Sequence record: OQ992561.1
DNA length: 64,000 nucleotides
Direction: 5' to 3' (one strand)
The notes under the pieces: model-generated
Databases searched by the model: none
Told to the model about the DNA's origin: nothing
What the model saw: the letters and a program-made list of their open reading frames with translations, nothing else
Shown: in pieces, positions 54,396-64,000 of the stretch
Position numbering within the stretch: position 1 is the first letter of the stretch
Layout of the letters: every line of letters begins with the position of its first letter
Program-made: the position numbers and the translations under genes

Positions 54396-55346
54396 ATGCG
54401 TAGATTCACTCTTAATCTGGCGGATAACCCGCGTGGACAAGATCCACGAATAGGTTTCTTCAAAGCAGTTACAACAGCATATCCGGATTTAGGTTTATCT
54501 GAAGATAAGTCCATTATCGTAATGGTAATGGATAGTGCAACTATCGATGAGCCTAATAGGGCATTTGTTCGTATTCAAAAAGATGCAACTAATAGTGCTG
54601 TTTATTACGACTTTCTTTATAATCGTTTTAATGTTAATGATTATATTAAAAATCCATATTGGACAGCATCGGAAGTAACGGTTGTTCAAGGATTAAAAAA
54701 TAGCGAAGCTTTAGTTGCGTATGTTGCTAATAAAGCTAAATTAAATTTTACTGCTAGTGACATATGGTTAGAAATATCTAATATAACGTATACCGGTGGT
54801 AAGAAACAACCAAACTTTTTATTTAAAGCTATTGATTCATCACTATGGTGGAGAGGATGGTTAAATCTATGGTTACATTCAGGTGGTGATGTTGACCCTG
54901 ATCCGCCGGACCCAGATCCAGATCCTGATCCAGAACCAACAGATGGCTATCAGATATTCCCGCAATTGCTTGTACCATTTACAATTACAGTTGATAATGA
55001 AACAGGTAAATTTGGTAATTGGATTTGTCCGCCTTATGATCAAGCTATAGGTAGGCTATTGGTACTAATGCCTAAACCAGATGATGCTCAAATAGCAGAG
55101 TCACCTAAAGGTGTTATACTACCTTCTGGCAATAGCGAGAAACTTAAGGCTGGTGCTGAATATCGAATACTGAATTTAACTAATGAAGATGTTGATATAG
55201 CTACTGCTTATCAACAGAGTATCATTAGGCCAATGTATACAAGTACTGGTTTCTTACCTAATAATGGCTATACTCGATTTATCTGTTATAATGAAACAAC
55301 TAAAGCGATGTATACACTTGGTCTGTCATGGTGGATGCAATCATGA
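54396..55346 (+). CDS. Structural protein: YxR-family N-domain, PD linker, fibre-like C-domain
   Basis: 316 aa; FLYNRFNV; PDPPDPDPDPDPEP linker. Confidence 0.7.
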   Translation: MRRFTLNLADNPRGQDPRIGFFKAVTTAYPDLGLSEDKSIIVMVMDSATIDEPNRAFVRIQKDATNSAVYYDFLYNRFNVNDYIKNPYWTASEVTVVQGLKNSEALVAYVANKAKLNFTASDIWLEISNITYTGGKKQPNFLFKAIDSSLWWRGWLNLWLHSGGDVDPDPPDPDPDPDPEPTDGYQIFPQLLVPFTITVDNETGKFGNWICPPYDQAIGRLLVLMPKPDDAQIAESPKGVILPSGNSEKLKAGAEYRILNLTNEDVDIATAYQQSIIRPMYTSTGFLPNNGYTRFICYNETTKAMYTLGLSWWMQS

Positions 55347-55747
55347 GCGAATTCTGTTATATCTACCCACCTATGAAAGTAATTGACACGTCTAAAGCAA
55401 CTGGACGTAAGTTTGATATTGACTCAACTTATCTTAATGCGCACATTATCGTTGAAGATCCTAATTATACTGATAATGATAATTCAGATAGTCCATTTAT
55501 AGTAAATTTACCAGCTACTGCCTATGATACTAAAAAAGGTAAATATGTATTTACTATTGCTAATAAGACAAATGGATTATTGGTGATTCGTGCTTATGGT
55601 AATCGTTTAGTTGGTAACCGTGTATTCAAAGTTGACTGTCAATTAAACAAAGGTGAGGCATGTGAATATAGAACGGTTTATGATTCATTAGAAAATGAAT
55701 TATACTGGTCTATCGAAGGACGTGTAATGACGGATGTACAGGAGTAA
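55343..55747 (+). CDS. Hypothetical protein related to C-domain of upstream gene
   Basis: Start moved to ATG 55343 (ATGA overlap). Confidence 0.7.
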   Translation: MSEFCYIYPPMKVIDTSKATGRKFDIDSTYLNAHIIVEDPNYTDNDNSDSPFIVNLPATAYDTKKGKYVFTIANKTNGLLVIRAYGNRLVGNRVFKVDCQLNKGEACEYRTVYDSLENELYWSIEGRVMTDVQE

Positions 55748-55750
55748 ATC

Positions 55751-56224
55751 ATGGCAGATACATCAAAATGTGATAATTTCATTCCTGGTGCATTTTACAC
55801 AACAATAAATAAATATCCATTAAAAATGAAACACCCTCTTTATGGAGATGATGTTATTTATAATCTGTTAGATGTTAAAGATTATTTTGATACTAACATT
55901 ATCTTTAAAGAAGAAGATGGATACGTATCATCACCAACAACACCTACATTTATTGGCACTGTTATTAAATATAATACATCATTGCCAAATGGATTTACTT
56001 TCGTATTGAGTTTCTATGAAAAAGATCCTATTAATGGCAAAGAGACTAGGGACTCATTAAGTTTTTGGGCACAAGACAAAGATGGTAAATTAGTTATACC
56101 TAGAGGTTTTCCATTTGAAGATGCTTCTGTGCGCGGTACGGTTGGACAACGATTTATATTAGTCAGACCTAATGGCCAAACAACTGGTGATTATATTTGG
56201 GTTTGTCCTGGTCAAGCATTTTAA
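55751..56224 (+). CDS. Hypothetical protein
   Basis: 157 aa, GGAG RBS. Confidence 0.75.
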   Translation: MADTSKCDNFIPGAFYTTINKYPLKMKHPLYGDDVIYNLLDVKDYFDTNIIFKEEDGYVSSPTTPTFIGTVIKYNTSLPNGFTFVLSFYEKDPINGKETRDSLSFWAQDKDGKLVIPRGFPFEDASVRGTVGQRFILVRPNGQTTGDYIWVCPGQAF

Positions 56225-56229
56225 TTTAA

Positions 56230-56257
56230 AGCGGATCTGCTTTAAAGTGGATCCGCT
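56230..56257 (+). terminator. Terminator-like hairpin
   Basis: AGCGGATC-TGCTTTAAAGTG-GATCCGCT then ATTATTT. Confidence 0.7.
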
Positions 56258-56298
56258 ATTATTTCGTCTTAAAGTAACTATAGTGCTCAATTGAATGA

Positions 56299-56958
<660 letters not shown>

Positions 56959-56993
56959 CAACCTTATGAACTTTAATACTCCGGAGTTTTAAA

Positions 56994-58562
56994 ATGGCTA
57001 AGAAAAAAACAGTTCCCGCAATGGATTTCTTTGCAAGTCTTGAGCGCGTTTCTGATGCTGAAGATAAGAATGTCAATCTTGATGTTGGTAAAGAATTACC
57101 AGAACAATTAAAAGATGATGAAGATGGTAAAGTAAATCCATGTGATGAAGTTACCAATGTCGTTACCAATACCCCAATTGACGTATGCAAAGGTCCAGAT
57201 GTTGATGGAACTGCTGATAAGATCAATGATAAGAAGATTCATGTTAGTCAAGGGCTAAAAGAATTCCAAGTAGCTAAAGGTGATCGTGTTGAAAACGAAA
57301 TCACTGAAACAGCTGATGAAATGATCACTAAAGTAAGTGATACTAAAGATCTTAATGTTAGTACCAAAAAACCACACCAAATTGCAGATGTCCCATCGAA
57401 TGAAGACATTTCTATTATGGAAGCCAATGAGACTGAGCAGCTAGACCATGGCTATGATGCCACCGCACTACTGGAAACTACTGAAGATATCATCACTGGT
57501 GAACTAGATGATCATCTAGAATCATTATCAGTTGAAATGTTTACAATTGTAAATGAACTGACTAAAGTAGAATCTGTTCAAACTGCATTAGAAAACTATA
57601 TTGGTTTAGTTAGTAACCGCCATCATCGCGGGCATGATGTCGATCATGATCTAGCTAAAGCTATTAGCATCGCGCTAGAGTCATTTGACTATAAATATTT
57701 TAATAACACTGTGCCATCAATGGAATCCTTTATATCACCGCTAACTCGGCCTAAAGCTTCTATTGAAGTATTAGATAATCTACAAGCTAAAGCAAAAGAA
57801 GTATCTACTGTTGCATTAGATTTCATTAAGAAGCTAATTCGCATTGTTGTAGAAACTTATCAACGTATTCGCCAGAATGTCAGTAATCAAATAGAACGCG
57901 TTAATAAGATCATGAAACGCGTTAAAGAGAATGAACTACCCGATGAAGTTCGTACTATCGCAATTCCACGCGATCTGATTCTAGGTGACACTGGTGAGAG
58001 TTGGGTTGGTGTAGACCCTGTTCAGGGGGTTACTGTAATCCGTAATCTATTTGACAGCATTGAAAAGAATGGACTGCGTGCTCTTAAAGCAGCCTTAGCT
58101 GGAAAAACAACTGATGATAAAGCACTGGCTTTAGCTAAAGGTATGTTTGGAACAGCTACCAAAATTAATGCTAATGGTGTCCGATATGCTAGCCCGGTTG
58201 TGCCCGGTAATCGTGTTTATACCTTTGGTAAAGACAAAGCTGCGGTAGACTTCTCCATTCTTGATGCACCGGGTAAACCCAACTATGGAATTACTGTTGA
58301 ACTATTAGTTGATAAGAATGTTGTTATGGCTCAGCTAAAAGCAGTTCATAACCTCCTAAATCATCTAAATAATATTCGCGGTATCTCTAAAGAGTCAACT
58401 GCTGAAATCATTGCACAGATGACTGATAAAGAAGCAACCAATGTTGGTAAGGCTTATCTAACTGGCACCACTGAAGCTAGTAATGATCTGTTTAAATGTG
58501 TGATGATCTGGATCACCGTACTTGAGAAACTAGTTGATAGTGAAATCAAGGAAACTGAATAG
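56994..58562 (+). CDS. gp162: Internal head protein (phiKZ internal-head paralogue family) with acidic propeptide
   Basis: 522 aa; many S/A-x-E sites (SLE, ALE, SME). Confidence 0.8.
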   Translation: MAKKKTVPAMDFFASLERVSDAEDKNVNLDVGKELPEQLKDDEDGKVNPCDEVTNVVTNTPIDVCKGPDVDGTADKINDKKIHVSQGLKEFQVAKGDRVENEITETADEMITKVSDTKDLNVSTKKPHQIADVPSNEDISIMEANETEQLDHGYDATALLETTEDIITGELDDHLESLSVEMFTIVNELTKVESVQTALENYIGLVSNRHHRGHDVDHDLAKAISIALESFDYKYFNNTVPSMESFISPLTRPKASIEVLDNLQAKAKEVSTVALDFIKKLIRIVVETYQRIRQNVSNQIERVNKIMKRVKENELPDEVRTIAIPRDLILGDTGESWVGVDPVQGVTVIRNLFDSIEKNGLRALKAALAGKTTDDKALALAKGMFGTATKINANGVRYASPVVPGNRVYTFGKDKAAVDFSILDAPGKPNYGITVELLVDKNVVMAQLKAVHNLLNHLNNIRGISKESTAEIIAQMTDKEATNVGKAYLTGTTEASNDLFKCVMIWITVLEKLVDSEIKETE

Positions 58563-58571
58563 GTAAACATA

Positions 58572-59759
58572 ATGTCCACATATGCAGAACTATTAATTAC
58601 CAATAATGAACTCAAAGAGGCTATTGTTTCTGTTGAAGCATATCGCCATCGATTAGCTCGTTATCAAGATCTGCTAGATGGACGTGACGTAGCATCTGAA
58701 GACCTGTCTAAAGCGATGTCATTTGCTTTAGAAAGTATCGATCCCGCCTTCTCCATAAAAGAAGGCGGTATAATTACACTACGTGCTTTAAAAGATGCAT
58801 TAGTTCGAGCTGCTAAGGCTGCACGAGATATTGTGCGGATGGTAATCGAAACACTCACGGCATTCTACGTCAAGTTTACTGGCAGTATTTCACATGTGCG
58901 TAAAACACAGCAAAAATTATCTAGGCGACTTGCAAAACTAGGTAATCGTACGACTAATACTCGATTGACTGTTTCTGGTTTACAGCGATTATCTATTAAC
59001 GGTGAATTCATTGGTGATCGACCAGATAATCTTTTAGATATCAAAGAAGTCACTAATTATATTTTAATGACTTATCCTAAAATGACTTCTAATATTGCTC
59101 GAAATATTAGTAGACAAGCATTGAATATCTTAGATAATCAAGGCGAAGATACCACTACAGAAATCATTGATGAGTTATTACAATCTTTTGCCGATATAGT
59201 GCGTCGTGATTTTAAAGCGCCGCCAGGGGATGAGCCATTAAAGAAAGGTGAGACTACTTCTACTGGTACCCATAGAAGTTATATTTTACCAGCTAATCGT
59301 GCATTTGTTTATACTGATGCTGACCATATAGCTACATCAGTTACTAATAAACAATCTGCACTAGAAATGGTTCGCAATACATTTACAATGGAATTTACAG
59401 AGTTACAAATCAATGCAATTGATAGCACTGAACGAGATATAGAAGTACCTTCTGTAACTACGCTAAGTGATATTGTAACTGGTATTGCTAATATTTTAAC
59501 GATCGCTGAACGTGCTAAACAAGGCGAAGTAGAATATAAAACAGTTAAGGTAGTTGTAGATGATTCAATTCGACAGCTAGCTGAACGTAGTGAGTTATTG
59601 GGAAGGGCAAATGGCGAGGCAATTAATATGCTCGCTGAGATATCCCGAAAATTAGCAGAACCTGTTGGTAACTACACCCATTGGTTAGCAGTAACTCTTA
59701 AAGTCTGGTTAACATTTGTTAGTCACTGCATTACTCATTATGAGAATGAAGGTATTTAA
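58572..59759 (+). CDS. gp163: Internal head protein paralogue
   Basis: 395 aa; ALES site; similar N-terminal helix and LPxNR motif to upstream gene. Confidence 0.75.
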   Translation: MSTYAELLITNNELKEAIVSVEAYRHRLARYQDLLDGRDVASEDLSKAMSFALESIDPAFSIKEGGIITLRALKDALVRAAKAARDIVRMVIETLTAFYVKFTGSISHVRKTQQKLSRRLAKLGNRTTNTRLTVSGLQRLSINGEFIGDRPDNLLDIKEVTNYILMTYPKMTSNIARNISRQALNILDNQGEDTTTEIIDELLQSFADIVRRDFKAPPGDEPLKKGETTSTGTHRSYILPANRAFVYTDADHIATSVTNKQSALEMVRNTFTMEFTELQINAIDSTERDIEVPSVTTLSDIVTGIANILTIAERAKQGEVEYKTVKVVVDDSIRQLAERSELLGRANGEAINMLAEISRKLAEPVGNYTHWLAVTLKVWLTFVSHCITHYENEGI

Positions 59760-59767
59760 CAGCATAA

Positions 59768-59788
59768 GCCCTCCCATAGTGGGAGGGC
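59768..59788. terminator. Bidirectional terminator
   Basis: GCCCTCCC-ATAGT-GGGAGGGC with CATAA/TTATG flanks. Confidence 0.85.
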
Positions 59789-59798
59789 ATTATGTTCT

Positions 59799-60971
<1,173 letters not shown>

Positions 60972-61020
60972 TTACTAGGGTTATTAACTCTATAGAGTAA
61001 GACATTATTAAGGGTTAATC

Positions 61021-63513
61021 ATGCAGATCAAGCTACTTAAGCTAATTGGCTATACTAGGTTGATGGCCAATAATACACATTATTTTGAATGGACTCCAAG
61101 CAAACAGATGATGGTTATACTTGGTAGTAATGGTTCTGGCAAATCATCTATTATTAGTGAACTGACACCTGTTGTATCTAGCAGTTCAAACTTCAAGCAA
61201 GGTGGCGAGAAACATTTCCATTGTCATGCAAATGGTAAAGACTATAAATTAATTTCTAAATATAACCGTGGCACTGGACATCATTCCTTTTTATGTAATG
61301 ATGAAGAATTAAATAGTGGTCATACCTTTAAAGAACAAGAAGAACTTGTAATGGCGCATTTCGGGTTAAACCGAGAACTGCATGAAATGTTGACAGGTAA
61401 GATGCGTTTTACAAAGTTAAAACCTAATGAACGTAAAGCATGGTTAACTAGAATGTCTGTAGTTAACCTTGATTATGCATTTAATGTTTATAACAAAGTA
61501 CGTAAAGAATTATCTAACCAGCAAGGTACTGTTAAAACAATTAATAAGCGATTGGTCACAGAACACCATGGGGTATTGAATGATTCAGAAATGACACAGT
61601 TGAAAGAAGTGAAACAACGGTTAGTTAGTCGTATTGATTTACTTTATAAAACACGTGATAAGAAAGGTGTCCTTCATTTTAGAGATGAAACCACTGCACG
61701 TAAAGAATTAGATTCTATCTTAGATGAAGCTCGTTCATTGTTAATGTCATTTCCAATGTTACCTATTCAAGTTAAAGTAGATGGGTATGAATCTTTCTTA
61801 GAACTAAATAATAAGAAGATTGAAGAATATAAATCTATACAAGCAGTTATTGCACGTTTAGTTGAAGAATTAGAAGAATTAAAAAGCTCTAATCCGAATA
61901 CAGCTGAACGTATGTCTCCAGAAGAAATACAAGAACTTAAGGACAGACATGAACATCATACACGCATTGCTGAAGAAGCTATTAGTAAATATAAGAAGTA
62001 TACCGGTAGATTTCCTTTGGTTGACATTTCTGTTAACGGTGATCCATCTGGTAAACTTACTGATCTCTCAGATCGTTGGATCAAACTTCTCACTACATTT
62101 CCTAATAATGAGAATGGTTACTTAAGTAAAGAAACTGCTATTAAAAATGCAGAAAGGCTAAAAGAATTAAAAAGTAAATACTCAACCATGGAAGGCATGT
62201 ATTTACAAATTAATCAACGCCTAAATTCATTTAAGGAATGCGCATCTATTACTTGCCCATCATGCACTCATTCATTTAAACCTGGTGTTAGTGAACAAGA
62301 TATCACAATAGCAGAAGAGCGCAAAGCTAAGTTAGATGAAGCGATGGATAGCTGTTCAAATGAGATCAAGGTTCTTGAACAGTACATGACTGACTTCAAT
62401 GAATATGTAAGTTATGTACATGGCTACGTTCAATTAACGAAAGAGTATAACGAATTTGATACATTATGGAACTATGTAGCTGAACATGTCGTAATGTATC
62501 GCACACCAGCAAAATATATAAATGATGCATTAGACTGGCGAGATGCAATGCAGCAACTCATTGTCTCTAAGCAAGCTCATGCGGAAGCTACTTTATTAGC
62601 TCAACGACTACGTGTTATTGCTGAGATGGATCAAGATGCATTAGGATTCATTAAGGCACGTACAACTGCACTAGAAACTGAAATTAATAATAAAACACAT
62701 GTAGCAACTGACTTACAAAGAAAAGCAGCTCATTTCAATAAAGCTGGTAATGCTATTCGTGAATGGGAAGATAAGTATCATTCTTTTATTGAACGGTGGG
62801 AGCAGTTTATTAAAAAGATAGTGGATACAGCTGACAACTTTGTAGATAAGGCATACCAAGCGGAGATTGATGCTGTTAACTTAGAACTATCTAGTGTACA
62901 TAGCCGTTTAAGTGAAATGGAACGTCATGAAGAACGTATTAAAGTTTTAGAATCAGAAGTTAACCATGCACAACAAATGGCTACTGATTTAGCTATTCTT
63001 GAAAAAGCACTATCGCCAAAAAGTGGTATTCTTGGTCGTTATTTATTAGGTTTCTTACAAGGAGTAGTTAAACTAGTAAATGCATACATCAATGAGATTT
63101 GGACTTATAGGTTAGAAGTATTACCTTCTAATGTTGACAAAGATGGCATGGATTATAAGTTCCCAATGCATATTGCAGGTGGCGATGTTCAGCCACCGGA
63201 CATTGAATACGGGTCTGACTCACAATTAGAGATTGTTGATTTTGCTTTTAGAATGGCTATCTTGAAATTTTTACATCTAGATGACATGCCCCTTTTCTTA
63301 GATGAATTTAGCAGGACTTTTGATGAACAACATCGAGCCAATGCTATTCCATTCATTAACAGGTTAATTGAAAATGGCATTGTTAATCAAGTGTTCTTCA
63401 TCAGCCACTTTGAATCAACACACGGTGCATTTAACCAAGCTGAATTTATTGTACTTGATCCAGCTAATATTAGTACTCCAGAAGTATTTAATAAAAATCT
63501 AGTATTAAAATAA
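61021..63513 (+). CDS. gp165: SbcC/Rad50-like SMC ATPase
   Basis: Walker A GSNGSGKSS, central CPSC zinc hook in coiled coil, signature GSDSQ, Walker B LFLDE. Confidence 0.9.
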   Translation: MQIKLLKLIGYTRLMANNTHYFEWTPSKQMMVILGSNGSGKSSIISELTPVVSSSSNFKQGGEKHFHCHANGKDYKLISKYNRGTGHHSFLCNDEELNSGHTFKEQEELVMAHFGLNRELHEMLTGKMRFTKLKPNERKAWLTRMSVVNLDYAFNVYNKVRKELSNQQGTVKTINKRLVTEHHGVLNDSEMTQLKEVKQRLVSRIDLLYKTRDKKGVLHFRDETTARKELDSILDEARSLLMSFPMLPIQVKVDGYESFLELNNKKIEEYKSIQAVIARLVEELEELKSSNPNTAERMSPEEIQELKDRHEHHTRIAEEAISKYKKYTGRFPLVDISVNGDPSGKLTDLSDRWIKLLTTFPNNENGYLSKETAIKNAERLKELKSKYSTMEGMYLQINQRLNSFKECASITCPSCTHSFKPGVSEQDITIAEERKAKLDEAMDSCSNEIKVLEQYMTDFNEYVSYVHGYVQLTKEYNEFDTLWNYVAEHVVMYRTPAKYINDALDWRDAMQQLIVSKQAHAEATLLAQRLRVIAEMDQDALGFIKARTTALETEINNKTHVATDLQRKAAHFNKAGNAIREWEDKYHSFIERWEQFIKKIVDTADNFVDKAYQAEIDAVNLELSSVHSRLSEMERHEERIKVLESEVNHAQQMATDLAILEKALSPKSGILGRYLLGFLQGVVKLVNAYINEIWTYRLEVLPSNVDKDGMDYKFPMHIAGGDVQPPDIEYGSDSQLEIVDFAFRMAILKFLHLDDMPLFLDEFSRTFDEQHRANAIPFINRLIENGIVNQVFFISHFESTHGAFNQAEFIVLDPANISTPEVFNKNLVLK

Positions 63514-63528
63514 TTATAAGCAACATAA

Positions 63529-63549
63529 GCCCTCCCGCAATGGGAGGGC
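63529..63549. terminator. Bidirectional terminator
   Basis: GCCCTCCC-GCAAT-GGGAGGGC with CATAA flank. Confidence 0.85.
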
Positions 63550-63555
63550 ATTATA

Positions 63556-63732
63556 TTAGTAACTATCTTTATAAGTGCTATTAAGTGAAACACTTTCAAA
63601 ACTCTTTTTATTTTTATCAGCCTCAACAAAGTCTTTACCAACTGATTGTGGTACACCAACTTTCTTAGCAAACTTCTTATCATTGGCTACAGCAGCCATG
63701 AAGTTATGTTGTTTTTTACTTTTACTAGGCAT
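63556..63732 (-). CDS. 58-aa basic protein (MPSKSKKQHNFMAAVA type; not in ORF track)
   Basis: MPSKSKKQHNFMAAVANDKKFAKKVGVPQSVGKDFVEADKNKKSFESVSLNSTYKDSY; GAGGA RBS; ends at shared terminator. Confidence 0.8.
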   Translation of the reverse strand: MPSKSKKQHNFMAAVANDKKFAKKVGVPQSVGKDFVEADKNKKSFESVSLNSTYKDSY

Positions 63733-63781
63733 CGTATATTCCTCTAAGTTTTCACAACTACACTAAAAAATAATTAAGATA

Positions 63782-63789
63782 TATATTAC
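63782..63789 (+). promoter_or_regulatory. Early promoter core TATATTAC
   Basis: ATTAAGATA-TATATTAC upstream of GAGG RBS and ORF at 63824. Confidence 0.7.
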
Positions 63790-63823
63790 TACTATGCATA
63801 CAATATCTTAAGAGGTTAATGAC

Positions 63824-64000
63824 ATGTTTAATCAACAATATAATCCAAATAGTTCAGCTAAGGTAATGGAGACATTACATGCCTGTGCTAAACTTATTAA
63901 GGAAATGTTTTATTATAATGATCAATATGTTCAAGTAGAATCGGCTTATACAGATGATCCAATCCAAGCATCCATTGAAACAGTAAATGATGGGTATTAC
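63824..64000 (+). CDS. Hypothetical protein, 5' part (runs off window)
   Basis: MFNQQYNPNSSAKVMETLHACAKL... open to window end; GAGGT RBS. Confidence 0.7.
   Translation, partial: MFNQQYNPNSSAKVMETLHACAKLIKEMFYYNDQYVQVESAYTDDPIQASIETVNDGYY

Overview
AT-rich, gene-dense 64-kb segment of a Pseudomonas jumbo phage of the phiKZ group (phiKZ itself or a very close relative). The 260-aa endolysin and 747-aa major capsid protein match phiKZ gp144 and gp120 as I recall them. Gene order between the anchors gp118, gp120, gp123, gp129, gp131, gp144, gp149, gp152, gp155, gp162 and gp165 fits phiKZ numbering. Left to right: a macrodomain gene and a block of small accessory genes; a ~650-bp non-coding hairpin array; DnaB helicase; the capsid operon; an nvRNAP subunit; portal; baseplate/tail-fibre paralogues; two 2OG-Fe(II)-oxygenase-fold genes; RuvC; a probable lysis cassette (i-spanin, o-spanin, holin candidate, endolysin); collagen-like fibres; a vRNAP subunit; UvsX; RNase H; internal head proteins; PAAR and spike; SbcC. 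Top finding: the capsid gene's TGA is followed in frame by 26 codons (AGKGYRYLENGTIRYLEDGNARKLEE*) that end just before the operon terminator. They repeat, in the same 8-residue period and C-terminal register, the tail of the 177-aa structural protein at 37621-38154 (RLLENGAARYLENGQIRYLES*). This suggests programmed stop-codon readthrough that adds a shared docking tag to a fraction of capsid subunits. No tools were run. gp numbers not given as gene symbols come from gene-order counting, and family assignments come from motif recognition.
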